Notes under the pieces: model-generated
The model's database searches: none
What the model saw: the letters and a program-made list of their open reading frames with translations, nothing else
What the model was told of the DNA's origin: nothing
Made by a program: the position numbers and the translations under genes
Source of the DNA: an uncultured Methanosarcinaceae archaeon
GTDB taxonomy: Archaea; Halobacteriota; Methanosarcinia; Methanosarcinales; Methanosarcinaceae
Length of the DNA stretch: 64,000 bases
Direction of reading: 5' to 3'
Assembly (NCBI GenBank): GCA_963833425.1
Contig: CAWHXP010000011.1
Coordinates: 1 to 64,000, forward strand
In this document: positions 10,925 to 22,660 of the stretch, in pieces
How the letters are laid out: the number at the start of each line of letters is the position of its first letter
Position numbering within the stretch: position 1 is the first letter of the stretch

Positions 10925-11871
10925 ATTCGAAAAAGTTAAAAGTTTACTTACCACTTCAAATTTTTATAAATACTATTTTATATTCATAAATTTTTTTGTT
11001 TTTTTTGTTTAAAATCGCAATCATTAACGCTAAATTAATTTAGCTATATGTTTCTTACTATTTTTTTTGCATTCACCCGTTACTCGTCGAAGGAAACAAG
11101 CATATTCATATGGTCTCTGTAATAATTATCCCAACAAATATCTTCAAAAAACTCCTCATTTTTAGTCCAAATTGCACACCAATCTTTTGAGTAGTCTAAC
11201 ATCCAAAGATACACAGAACCTGAAATGATTCCCAAAATATGTTTCAAGATGCATATTATTGTGTTAACGTAAAATAAATTTTTTTGTTTTTCCATAGGAC
11301 TTTCCTTTCTGAATGAAGAAAATGCCCTAAATCTCCTCCCAATCTTTCATTTTCAATTTAATTAGTATGAAACAGCTCGTCAGTGTAGCTACTGCTGTGG
11401 ATTCACATTCAAGTTTTTTGTAATATTCCTTCTTTTCGTTTTCTATGTAGAATCGCATCTAATCAAATTAATTCACATAGTTAATTTAATATAAACTTAT
11501 ACGACTAAAAATTACTTTAACAATATATGAGCCTATCTCCAATTTAGGAAAGTTAATAGTAATGTTATAACTCTCAGACTGCTTGATACCCCTGCAGCAG
11601 TATCCGTAGCAACCTTTCACCGACTCATATAGGACCAAAGACATAATTTTGATTAATTATATGCTCAAAATTCCAAAATGAGATTTTTTTTAACTCAATA
11701 TAATTAACCTCGGTGATATGCTAACCTTTTTTTTCGTTTGATCTAAAAAGTGACTTAATCTCAGGCTGTACAGTGAATTTATTTTGAACGTGCCTTAGTT
11801 TAAACATTATCTGACTCAAAAAAATCTCTTAAATTGCTCCACAGTAGCTCATTTTTTACTTAGAGCTCTTT

Positions 11872-12880
11872 AATATCAGTAGACACAAGTAAAAAGCAAG
11901 TATTGGGGAAAATTAGTCCAAAACAGACCATGAAATGAAACATGCAAATTCTCTGATAAGGCGATTAAATAAGATGAGAAAGTCTGGTTGTTATATAATG
12001 GATAAAGGATACGATTCAGAAAAAATACATTCTATAGAGATTTTCGATAACCTCCATGCTCTTGAGCATGGTTGGCTTTAAATTTGTTAATATTTATGTA
12101 TATTCATGAAAACTCTTACTGATTTTGCTCTTAAATAAGAGTATAAACGTCTTGAATCTGTTGGAGATAAGCTTGCTGAAATTGCTTCCTTAATTGATTG
12201 GAAAACTTTTCTTATTATTCTTGAGTCTATGTATATTAACAAAACCGTTTCATGAGGGAGACCTGAAACTGATGTCATTGTGATATTCAAAATGCTTGTT
12301 TTACAACAATGGCATGGTCTCTCTGATTTTGAACTTGAGAAACAGTGTATAGATCGAATTTCTTTTAGGAAATTCCTTGTATTTCCTGAATACGTACCTG
12401 ACAGTACTACTGTATGTCTATTTAGGGAGAGAATTATCGAGCATTTCAAAGAAGAAGAAATATGGAGAAAGTTGCAAAGCCAACTTGATTCTCTGGGTTT
12501 ACAGATAAAGCAGGGAATGATTCAGGATGCTACTTTTATCCATTCAGATCCAGGACATGCAAAAGCAGATAAACCTCGAGGAGATGAGGCAAAAAGAGGA
12601 ATTAAATAGAGAAATTGAGGGAAAGATATGAGAAATTCCTGCTAAGAAATAAAATACGAAGTTTATCGAAATCCTCTATAATTAGAGAAGAAATCAAAGC
12701 AGATTCATTCATACCTGTAAGAGAGAAAAAGGAAGAAAATAAGGGGAAAATATGGAAAATAATTGGACCTGGTCTTTGAAAAAATTAAATATAATCAAAT
12801 AGATATAGTGGAGACAATATTTTCTGTAGTTAAATGCCAATTAGGAGAAACACTAAAGGCAGGAAAATTCCGTTATCAAA
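11872..12880 (+). mobile_element. Remnant of the IS seen at 17986-18984, interrupted by a second IS derivative
   Basis: Near-identical to 18523-18893 once 12037-12676 is removed (MDKGYDSEKIHS...YNQ..IVETIFSVVK). Confidence 0.85.
12037..12676 (+). mobile_element. Internally deleted IS5-family element (~640 bp) with TIRs and TATA target duplication
   Basis: TIRs GAGATTTTCGATAA / TTATCGAAATCCTC; TATA on both sides; FKMLVLQQWHGLSD, IQDATFIH motifs with stops. Confidence 0.9.
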
Positions 12881-12906
12881 TAAAGATATCTTATAAGCTG
12901 CAGGAA

Positions 12907-13073
12907 AGAGACACCTGCAGCCTAGTAGACTATCATGTCGGAAAGCTCAGTGACACTTCACTCCAGACAAATAACTAAATTAAAACGGTAAGAGATACCT
13001 GCAGCTTGGTAGACTATTTGCTGGAGAGCTCTACGACAACTTATCATTCATGGATACATAACTACACTAAAAC
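12907..13073. repeat. Degenerate tandem duplication, period 84 bp
   Basis: AGAGAYACCTGCAGCYTRGTAGACTAT at 12907 and 12991, each followed by G(A/G)AGCTC and ATAACTA..TAAAAC. Confidence 0.75.
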
Positions 13074-13412
13074 ATTTAATTTGTGTATGTTTGCTATAGC
13101 GTAATTTATGTATCATTATATATTAGCTGATCATTATATGATATAAAGTTTTTGCATATATTTCACATAACAATGACGTTAGATATTTTGTCCAAATTGT
13201 AAGTAGTCAGACTCTTATGATTATGATGACAGCTTATTGTAATGAATACCTTGTATTCTCACATATATCCAGGCATAAAAAAATAAAATGTATATTCAAA
13301 TATATTACGTATATCTGATCTATTAAAAATAAACAAATATTAATTTTATTAGAATTTTCTTAAGTAAAATTTTTTTATAAATCGATTTGAATAAAAATCT
13401 GAATTTTTTTCC

Positions 13413-16400
13413 TTACGTGTTAAAACTTAATTTTTGAATATCGGTTGAATTAATTGGTAAAGTGAAATAAAAAATTGAACCTTTACCCACTTCGGATTCT
13501 ACCCATATACGTCCACCATACCCTTCTACAATTTTCTCACAAATTGCAAGCCCTATTCCTGTTCCAGAGTATTCTTCCCTTTTATGCAGTCTTTTAAAAA
13601 TTTCAAAGATTTTCTTAAAATGTTGCGGATCAATTCCAATTCCGTTATCCTGAACTGAAAATAACCATCCATTTGCATTTTTTTCTGCAGAAATATGAAT
13701 TTTTGGTGCCTCTTCACGATGGAATTTTATACCGTTGATGATCAAATTCTGAAATATCTGCACTAGCTGGCTAGAATCTGCCATTACTTCAGGTAAAGGA
13801 TCATGAGAAACTGTAGCTTTATTTTCTTTTATCATCATTTTTAAATTCGATAATACCTGCTTCAAAATAAATTCGCAATTTGTAAATTCAAGCTCTCTAG
13901 TAATTGTAGTCACTCGAGAGTATTTTAAAAGATCGTTAATCAAGTTTTGCATACCGAAAGCCCCGTCAACAGCAAAATTTATATATTTATTAGCTTTATC
14001 ATCAAGTTTGCCTTGATATCTACTTTGTAAAAGCTGCAAATAACCTGTTATCATCCACAAGGGCTCTTGTAGATCGTGAGATGAAACGTAAGCAAATCGT
14101 TCTAATTCTTCATTTGAACGAGCAAGTTCTTCCAATTTATATTTTAACATTTCTTCTGCTTTTTTTCGCTCGGTGATATCCACACCTAGGCCACCAATGT
14201 ACCTTTTCCCTGAAAAATCAACAAACTGGAATTTACTAGTCAACCACCATGATGTGCTGCCATCTGGATTTCTCGCTTTTTCTGTAAACTCAATTTGTTT
14301 TCCGCTCTTCAGCACAGCCAAATCGTTCTCAATGAACCTCTCTTCATTTTTCAGTGGCCAGCGATCTAAGTCAGTTTTCCCCCGCCAATCTTCTAAATTA
14401 ATTCCAAATCGTTTTTCATAGTTACTACTCAAGAACGTATGACGACCCTCCTCGTCTTTCATCCAAGCGATAACAGAACTGTTTTCAAGATATGCCTTGA
14501 ATCTAGCTTCACTTTCACGCAGTGCATCCCCTGCTTTTTTGCTCTCAGTGATATCTCTAGTGATAGCTGAGATCGCCACAAGCTTTTTAGATGAATCAAA
14601 AACTGGAGAAAGAGTTATTGAAGCATATATTAACTTATCATCTTTTCTTAACCTTGAAGTTGTGTAGTGTTGGATGTTTTCTCCCAACTTAACCTTTTCA
14701 ATTAAATTTTTTGTTTCATCTTTGAGATTATCTGGTGCAAGTATCGATACGTTTTTTCCCAGAATTTCTTTAGACAAATACCCATAAATCTGCTCTGCGC
14801 CCTTGTTCCAGGTGATAATAATACCATCAAGGGATAAAGTAAGGATGGCATCATTTGATGATTCCACGATATTCGCTAATCTCTGGATTTTTACTTCTGC
14901 TTTTTTTTGCTCGGTAATATCCTGAACCGTTCCCACCATTCGAATAGGATTATTATTCTCATCAAAGGTAACTTCACCCTGTTGGTGGACTACGCGTTCT
15001 TTTCCAACATTTGATATTACTCGATGATCTATATCATATGACTTCTTTCTGTTTAGCGCTTCTTTGACAGCATTATTCACATATTTTCGATCTTCCGGAT
15101 GTATAATTCTTAAAAATGCATCGTAATCTGCACCGAATTCTTGTGGGCTAAGTCCAAAGATACGATAAATTTCATCAGACCAGTATAATTTATTAGTTAA
15201 AATGTTCCAATCCCAATTTCCGATATGAGCTATTCTTTGAGCTTCAGAAAGACGTTTTTCACTTTCTTTTAGTAAATTATAAGCTTTATCTAGTTCCTCT
15301 GTGCGCTCTTTGACTTTTTCTTCTAAACTGTCACGTGCTACTTTAAGGGTTTCTTCCATTTGTTTGCGCTCGGTGATGTCGGTACAAGTACCAAACCACT
15401 GAAGTATGTTTCTTTTGGGATCTTGCAGGGGTAGAACACGCGTAAGAAATGGGCGAAAAATGCCATCGACACCACGCAATAGGCACTCCGTATCAAATAT
15501 CTGCCCCGTAGCAATCGAAGCTTTCCACTGCTCCAGTATTTTTGGCAGCATTCCCGGATCGTGAACACTCTGCCAGCCCCAACCTTCCATCTGCTCTAGT
15601 GTAGTGCCGGTATAAGAGTACCAGCGCTCGTTATACCAGTAGATGTAACCATCAGGGTGCGCGATCCAAGCCAATTGTGGGATCGCATTTGCCATCGTAT
15701 GGAAACGTTTTTCACTCTCCTGCAACTCATTCACCAGGACATCGAGTTCCGCCAGCGACTGGGCCAACTTGAAATTGCTGTAGCTTAGTTGCGAAAGCGC
15801 ATTTGCAAATGTCATGAGGAAAGTCATGCTTGTGTTCACATCCTCTTTACTCAACCGTGGAACTTTATCAAGCGCTGCTATGTATTCTTCCTCATTGAAG
15901 CTGTATTTTCTAGCTTGTGATCTAAAAAACTCATAGTTCAGAGGCTTATCATCAAAAATGAATTGTCCTGAGAAGACATAGCCGACAGGCTGGCCATCCA
16001 ACATTATAGGCGTCACTATATCCCACATATTGTTCTTGCACTCGTACATCTTAAGTTTTCCAGGGGTGGAGTCCAACGTTAGCTTTGTATCGCTTTCTAC
16101 GCAGTACTTGGAGGCTTCGGGATGAACCCGATGGAATTTTGTGCAGATATCCTGCCATCCAACACTTACCAGAACATTGCCTTTGAGATCATTTAGGCCC
16201 ATAGGGATGTGAGCAAGCTTATAGAAATCATTCATAAGAGATTGAATCACCTTGACATCAATGATATCAGCAAGCACAAGGTTCTTTACCTTCCTAACCG
16301 GTGAGGGTAAACACACCAATTTCCGGATGGTAAGCTGCTCATTTCGACGTAGCTCATCTTCAGCTACTTTGCGTTCACTGATATCATGGGCAATATAAAT

Positions 16401-17330
16401 ACCCCCAACGAGTTTTCCTTCAGGATCATGTAATGGAGTGGTGGTTACTATGAAATAACCACCAAGATTATACTCATAAATCTCAGCAGTGTGTTCAAGT
16501 TCATCATTAAGCAACTGTTGGTATGGACAAAAAGTAGGAGGCTCGCATGTCCCATGGAAAGCACTGTAGCTGGTCAACCCTATGCACTCTTCTTTTGTCA
16601 ACCTCAATTTTGCTGCCATGGCTATATTTGCGTGCACTATCCGATATTTAGTGTCTATTATGGCTATCAGGTCTGGCACAGCGTCGAAAGTATGTTCCCA
16701 ATACTTAACGGCTCGAAAAGCTGTTTCTTCAGCTTTCTTTCGCCCTAAATTACCTGTCTTCTTCCATTTTCCATCCTGTTTGCTCAAAGAAAATTGATGG
16801 TTGGAGACCACTTCAACAATATTTGTTGTGCTACACTTGTCGACAAAATATGAACCCAAAGCTATCATTTGATATTTGCTGATAATACCATCCATTTTTT
16901 CCATATAATCAACAAAATAACTCCAATCCTTTTTTTCTAACCAAGAAGTATTTCCACTCAACCTCAACCCGCGATAGCCACTTTTCAAGACATTGTTGAC
17001 TTTTTCAATCCAGTAATTTATGACCCTTTCAGAATCGTAAATTTTCCCTGTTACATGTAAACAAGTGTAAGATATAATTTCTATTTGTCCTTTGTCCAGA
17101 TAAGAATCAAAATAAGGAACAGCCTTTCTTAGAGCTTCCTTTGCGTCCTCGACTTCCAGAGGTTGTGACGTGACCCAAAGGCAGAACTCGTTGTTTTCCA
17201 ACCCTATTTTGAAGTAAGGGATCAAAATCTCCGCTAAATCTTCTTTTGAACCATAGAATTGGCAGATATACGTCCCCCATGGCACATCTCCAATAATCTC
17301 AATGCCAGATTTTCTTAGTTTTTCGTTCAT
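13413..17330 (-). CDS. Multi-sensor histidine kinase (MEDS, PAS, PocR, multiple PAS/PAC, HisKA, HATPase)
   Basis: GDVPWGT.ICQFY MEDS start, GWQDICTKFHR PocR, repeated DITERK PAC ends, SHDLQEPL H-box, DNGIG, GTGIGLAIC. Confidence 0.92.
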   Translation of the reverse strand: MNEKLRKSGIEIIGDVPWGTYICQFYGSKEDLAEILIPYFKIGLENNEFCLWVTSQPLEVEDAKEALRKAVPYFDSYLDKGQIEIISYTCLHVTGKIYDSERVINYWIEKVNNVLKSGYRGLRLSGNTSWLEKKDWSYFVDYMEKMDGIISKYQMIALGSYFVDKCSTTNIVEVVSNHQFSLSKQDGKWKKTGNLGRKKAEETAFRAVKYWEHTFDAVPDLIAIIDTKYRIVHANIAMAAKLRLTKEECIGLTSYSAFHGTCEPPTFCPYQQLLNDELEHTAEIYEYNLGGYFIVTTTPLHDPEGKLVGGIYIAHDISERKVAEDELRRNEQLTIRKLVCLPSPVRKVKNLVLADIIDVKVIQSLMNDFYKLAHIPMGLNDLKGNVLVSVGWQDICTKFHRVHPEASKYCVESDTKLTLDSTPGKLKMYECKNNMWDIVTPIMLDGQPVGYVFSGQFIFDDKPLNYEFFRSQARKYSFNEEEYIAALDKVPRLSKEDVNTSMTFLMTFANALSQLSYSNFKLAQSLAELDVLVNELQESEKRFHTMANAIPQLAWIAHPDGYIYWYNERWYSYTGTTLEQMEGWGWQSVHDPGMLPKILEQWKASIATGQIFDTECLLRGVDGIFRPFLTRVLPLQDPKRNILQWFGTCTDITERKQMEETLKVARDSLEEKVKERTEELDKAYNLLKESEKRLSEAQRIAHIGNWDWNILTNKLYWSDEIYRIFGLSPQEFGADYDAFLRIIHPEDRKYVNNAVKEALNRKKSYDIDHRVISNVGKERVVHQQGEVTFDENNNPIRMVGTVQDITEQKKAEVKIQRLANIVESSNDAILTLSLDGIIITWNKGAEQIYGYLSKEILGKNVSILAPDNLKDETKNLIEKVKLGENIQHYTTSRLRKDDKLIYASITLSPVFDSSKKLVAISAITRDITESKKAGDALRESEARFKAYLENSSVIAWMKDEEGRHTFLSSNYEKRFGINLEDWRGKTDLDRWPLKNEERFIENDLAVLKSGKQIEFTEKARNPDGSTSWWLTSKFQFVDFSGKRYIGGLGVDITERKKAEEMLKYKLEELARSNEELERFAYVSSHDLQEPLWMITGYLQLLQSRYQGKLDDKANKYINFAVDGAFGMQNLINDLLKYSRVTTITRELEFTNCEFILKQVLSNLKMMIKENKATVSHDPLPEVMADSSQLVQIFQNLIINGIKFHREEAPKIHISAEKNANGWLFSVQDNGIGIDPQHFKKIFEIFKRLHKREEYSGTGIGLAICEKIVEGYGGRIWVESEVGKGSIFYFTLPINSTDIQKLSFNT

Positions 17331-17985
17331 TCATATTTTCTCCAAGGTTGAGTGAATAAACGTGAAAAATTCACCTCATTAAGAATGTTTGAATTCAGGT
17401 TCGTTAGATATTTTGTTACATCAATAACTTAACTATATTCTTTAATATTTTAATAGATATATTAACTACCTATATAATATTAATTTTAAAATAACTAATA
17501 TTACTAATTAATTAAATAATCTCTTGATGATAAAGTGGCTACTAAAATAGCAATTCATCACTACTCCTATTTGTTGGTTTAAACTTTCTGTTACCAATAT
17601 AGTTTGGATGATCATTTTCGATCAATGAACGTAAAAAAAATAACTCGTGGAATAATCGTAATTATAGGGAAGATGATGGAAAGAGTCGTGAAGAAGGTAG
17701 CGTCATTACTTTAACGCCAAATAGACTTTGAACCACTTTATGCTGTTGAAGAGCTATCCAAGCAATAATATTTTATAATAAAATTTCGATGGAACTATAT
17801 TTGTTCTACAATTAAATTTCTGCAAGTAATTCAGGAGTAATTTTACAGAGATATTTTCTAAAGCCTCAATTCCATCTGTGACTGTTCGATTAGATCCTTA
17901 TGATTTCTTATTTCATTTAATATTCTGTAGATAATCGCGAAAAACCCATAAATTTCGTCATACGCATATAAATGTTACATAAACT

Positions 17986-18984
17986 GGCTATGTAGAAATG
18001 CTTTAAATTGAACTTTTACATTATGGTATTATAACTATTCAGTTATAATATTCTTCTTATTTTTTCGCTAAAAAATAGGATATTCAACATTGAAATTTAA
18101 TAAGTACATTAAATTTGTTGATACTAGCCTTGAAACTGTTCAGCTTTCGAGACTGAAGCTTTATTCCTGCAAGTATTCAAAATCTGTTTATACCTTGCAT
18201 CAGTTTCTTGTACTGGTTTTATTGAAAGAGTATTAAGTACAGACGATCGAGATTTTGTAGAACTCATTGACCTTATGAGCGATATAAAAGAAAACTTGCT
18301 CTTGATAAGATTCCACATTTTACTACCCTTCAAAAGTTTGTAACCAGGATTTCCTCCTCTCTGTTTAACTTTCTTCTGTCAAGGATTATAAGGCTGTTAT
18401 TATTCATATAGAGAAAATTTCTCTGTTGCAGCGATTGATGCAACAGGATTTGCGAGTTCATATGCAAGTTATTATTATTCTAGAAGAACAGGGAAGCTTC
18501 GAAGAAGCTTCCTGAGAACTTCAATATCAGTAGACACAAGTAAAAAGATAATATTGGGATGGAAAATTAGTCAAAAAACAGACCCTGAAATCAAACATGC
18601 AAATGCTCTGATAAGGCGATTAAACAAGATGAGAAAGTCTGATTGTTATGTAATGAAAAAAGGATACGATTCAGAAAAAATACATTCTATAATTAGAGAA
18701 GAAATCAAAGCAGATTCAATTATACCTGTAAGAGAAAGAAAAAGAAAGAAAATAAGAGGAAAATATAGAAAATAATTGAACCTGGTCTTTGACAGAATTA
18801 AATATAATCAAAGAAATATTGTGGAGACAATATTTTCTGTGGTTAAAAGAAAATTGGGAGAAACACTACAGGCAAGGAAATTCCGTTATCAAGTAAAAGA
18901 GATTAAAATTAAATTAATAGTATACAACATAAACAAAAAAGTTATAGAAATAATTTGCATCAAATTAAGGATTTCGACAGAGCC
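17986..18984 (+). mobile_element. ~1-kb IS (IS5/IS4-like DDE transposase), frameshifted
   Basis: Imperfect TIRs GGCTATGTAGAAATGCTT / AAGGATTTCGACAGAGCC; AIDATGF, KGYDSE, YNQRNIVETIFSVVKR. Confidence 0.85.
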
Positions 18985-18993
18985 AAAAATCTC

Positions 18994-19650
18994 TTAATTT
19001 ATTAAGTCTTTATTTGAATCACGTTTACTTTGTACATACGTAATAATGCCGGGTAGCAATGAAACAAAAATTATCCCAAGTATCACCACGCTGAAGTTGT
19101 CCTTTACAGCTGACAAATTTCCGAAAAAATATCCCCCTAAAAGAAATGTGGATACCCATCCAACCCCACCGATTACGTTATAGGTAATGAACTTTGAATA
19201 GGGCATTATCCCCACACCTGCTACAAAAGGTGCAAAAGTTCGGATGATCGGAGCAAAGCGGGCTAATATTATTGTTTTCACTCCATATTTTGCAAAAAAT
19301 ATGTGCGTACTATCAATATGCTCCTTTTTGACAAATCTTATATTTTCATGATTTATGACCTTGTCTCTTAGTAGACGACCTATGTGATAATTGACAGTAT
19401 CTCCTAAAACAGCTGCAAAACATAGAACCAAAAATAGAGTTAATAAGTTGAGCGAGCCACTAGCAGCTAAAGCTCCAGTCGCGAAGATTAGAGAATCACC
19501 TGGTAAAAAAGGAGTCGCTACCAAGCCTGTTTCAAAAAAGACAGTTGCAAACAGCAGTAAATATGTTAGTAAGCCATATTCGTTCGTTATTGCTTTTAGG
19601 TTTGTATCAAGATGCAAAAAAAAATCAATAAAATTCATTGTATGTTCCAT
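18994..19650 (-). CDS. dedA: DedA-family membrane protein
   Basis: FETGLVATPFLPGDSLIF, GDTVNYHIG, ARFAPIIRTFAPFVAG. Confidence 0.92.
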   Translation of the reverse strand: MEHTMNFIDFFLHLDTNLKAITNEYGLLTYLLLFATVFFETGLVATPFLPGDSLIFATGALAASGSLNLLTLFLVLCFAAVLGDTVNYHIGRLLRDKVINHENIRFVKKEHIDSTHIFFAKYGVKTIILARFAPIIRTFAPFVAGVGIMPYSKFITYNVIGGVGWVSTFLLGGYFFGNLSAVKDNFSVVILGIIFVSLLPGIITYVQSKRDSNKDLIN

Positions 19651-20327
19651 GGAATGATTTTAGTAGACCTATATTATTTATAATGTTGGCTTGGAAATCA
19701 CCTAAGCTTGATGTTTTCGGTTATCCATTAATATAAAGTTAGTGCAATGTATTTGAGCTTGAAATATTTAATGGGAAAACAAAGACTAAAATTAAAATTT
19801 ACTACTCTTACCGTTTTAAAGAATGTAGGATTTGATAGCTGAAGCATTTTTCTGCAAATTGTGCCAAATACGAAAAGTGACGTAATATTATAAACATATC
19901 CTATAACTCTTTGAGTTGAACGAAGTAAATCCACCCAAATATACTGAATTTAATTACATCAACTTTCTCATTGCTCTTTGTGAGTATTTAGCTGTATAGC
20001 CATACTTTGAAACTTGAGTAAAGATAAGTGTTTTTGTTGTGTCACAATTTTTCTTTTCGCTCCTACACGGATATTTGGACAAGAATTCTCCTTTTATGTG
20101 CGAATTCGAGATCTTAGTTGCTAATTTGACTAAATTGAGGAGATTAGCGCCTTTTACGATGGGGGAAATTAATGTGTAGACTGTAGGCATGTAAGAAGCT
20201 TTTCTGTAGGAACTATAATGGTTGAATAACCGGAAATATCAAAATTGCGTTTTTGATGCTTTTCTGTAAACAAAACCTAAATCATCAAATTTAGAATGAG
20301 AACGCAAGGGCTACTCAAAGTCATTTT

Positions 20328-20804
20328 TCAGAATTTGAAACTATATTTCCATTCAAATTCCCTTTTTTCTAAAGTCCTTCTGTTTGCTCCGCTTGAGAAG
20401 GGAAGAATTTTAGTCTCATATCCGATTTTCCTTAGAATCGGCTCGCATTTTCCTGATTTTTTACCATTGAAACAGATCAACCTCAGCTTTGGAGCTATCT
20501 CTTTTAATGTCGAGAATTGATTAATTTCTTCGTCCCTAATCTTTGAATTTTCACTTAAGACTCTCTTTCCGGCTTTAAACACGTCCCATAGACCGATTCC
20601 ATCATATTTAAGGATCTCAAGTCTGCTGCGGTAATCCTTGCTCTGAAGATCTTCACTGATTGCACTGCCGAGCAACCTCCAAAAGTCATTGCCAGGATTC
20701 CCATAGTATTGATGCTTTTTGATAGACATGTTACTCGGAAGGGATCCGAGAATCATGATTTCAGTATTTTTATCAACTACTGGTGGAAAACCTGTTTTTA
20801 TCAT
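20328..20804 (-). CDS. Uracil-DNA glycosylase superfamily protein (DNA-deoxyinosine glycosylase type)
   Basis: ILGSLPS, QYYGNPGNDFW, IGLWDV, FNGKKS, LPFSSGAN; start taken at MIKTGFPP. Confidence 0.85.
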   Translation of the reverse strand: MIKTGFPPVVDKNTEIMILGSLPSNMSIKKHQYYGNPGNDFWRLLGSAISEDLQSKDYRSRLEILKYDGIGLWDVFKAGKRVLSENSKIRDEEINQFSTLKEIAPKLRLICFNGKKSGKCEPILRKIGYETKILPFSSGANRRTLEKREFEWKYSFKF

Positions 20805-22660
20805 GCTTAAAGGAACTAGGACTAAAGGATATTTCAAGTTTTGGAAGCGAAAAAATTTAAAATTTTATTATTCATTTATAATCTTTCTGCAATAGCTGAA
20901 AAGTTCCTGTTTTGGGCGGAGCTTTTCGCAAAACTCACGACTTCGTGATTATAGCATCTACCGCCTTTTGAGGTAAGTGATATAAATATAAGAAAATTGA
21001 CAATAATGCTTGAAGATAGATCAATTTTATAATCACGCGCAAAGAGATTTCTATTTACAAAATTTATAAATTTTTTATATTTTTCATACATTATGAAATA
21101 AGTTTTCGATACGTTAATCTTGTCCTCGAAAGATTAACTATATTATTATTATTTCTAAAATGTTTATTGAAGGTAGGATCCCCCATAATAAATAAGAATG
21201 AGAATTCATAAATATTTCAGACCTGTAAAGTAAATCCACAATTTAAAAAGAGCAATTAAAAATAATTGTTCTCTCATCACCTACTCTCATAATTATCACG
21301 TTCTCAGATCCATTTAGCACACGAGTGGTGGTGCACAAATATGTTTGGCAAGTAATAATGGTTTTCATCGAGCACATGACATGTTAGAAGACGATGCTAT
21401 ATTTTTTGAACAATAAACTTTCCTTCTGCAGCACTCGTAAATATTTTTTTTGCACAAGAAGGTCCACCCATCTGCAATCTGAAATATGAGCCGAAATAGA
21501 GCTAAAATTAAAATTAAACTCGATTTGAACATATTTAATCTTTTTGGCCTTTAATTCAGTAATAAAAACCAAATTCTTCCCTTTGTGCTGAAAAAAGTCA
21601 AATCTTTCAGATTAGTTTCATATTCGTTTCATTCAGCATCTGCAAATGAATTTTGCAGTCATATCTTAAATGAAATTAAATATCTAGGATTTTATGGATT
21701 AGAAAATTTAATTTTAATATGACATTTTTGGACTTCAGCGCAAGCTGATTAACATTGATTTCGAGAGAGCTATGTTTTTAGATGTACAAACAAAATTATC
21801 AATGACTGTTTTGTTATTGATCCGCTAGGCTCTTGATTTATGTGACTTTCTAATATTTCTAAAATCTCCACTATTTACCATGAATTCGTTTCCAATTGTT
21901 TGCAATCAATTAAGAATATAGAAAATAATCCCAATTTAGTGGCTTACAAAGCTTCTTGCATCTAGGTTTGCTACTGTAATTTTGATTACATTAGCTTCAT
22001 ATTTCCAAATTTTTTGGAGAAAATACCTCTAGAAGTCAAAAAACCTAGCTCATTATTTAATTAGGCAATCGACTGAAAGTTCTGTAAAATCTGCTTGATT
22101 CTATATACTTTTTCTTTCGCTAAAGCAGGGTGCAGATTCAATGGCTTATGCTGAAAATATTTATGTCTTTGTTGTTTCTTTGATGTACATGTTTTTTAGA
22201 TTAAAACCTATGTATTGCTTAAGTTTTCAGCCGAAATTATAGGATATTTTTTATCTAATTGTGCAAGAAATAAGTAATTTTTATAAAACATATGCTATAT
22301 TCTAAAGCTAAAAAATTGCTGTACTTATCTCTCGAAGGATAAAAATAAATGAAAATTAGTAACTATTTTAAATACGTACTTCAAGTTCAAAATTCTTATC
22401 AATCAGAAGGTCATAGGAGCACCAGGAACTAAAGATCATCGCAGAAGTATCTGATAATATATTTGAATTTCAATCAAACATCTGGATATTGTCAAAAGGA
22501 AGTTGAAACTTATGGTGGAAAAACAATGATAGTCTATTTACCCTAAATTTAGTGAATTTTACAAAGCTTAAATATATCTGAAAAAATTTAAAACTACTGT
22601 TAAAATTTAGCTATCTATGTTATATATTTATTAAATGAAAATGCTGTAGAAGGTTGATAG

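Noticed and set aside
20895..20975. Hairpins GAAAAGTTCC/GGAGCTTTTC and TCACGA/TCGTGA upstream of the glycosylase gene
   Set aside because: Single occurrence, no recognisable family; not enough to call a riboswitch or IS end.
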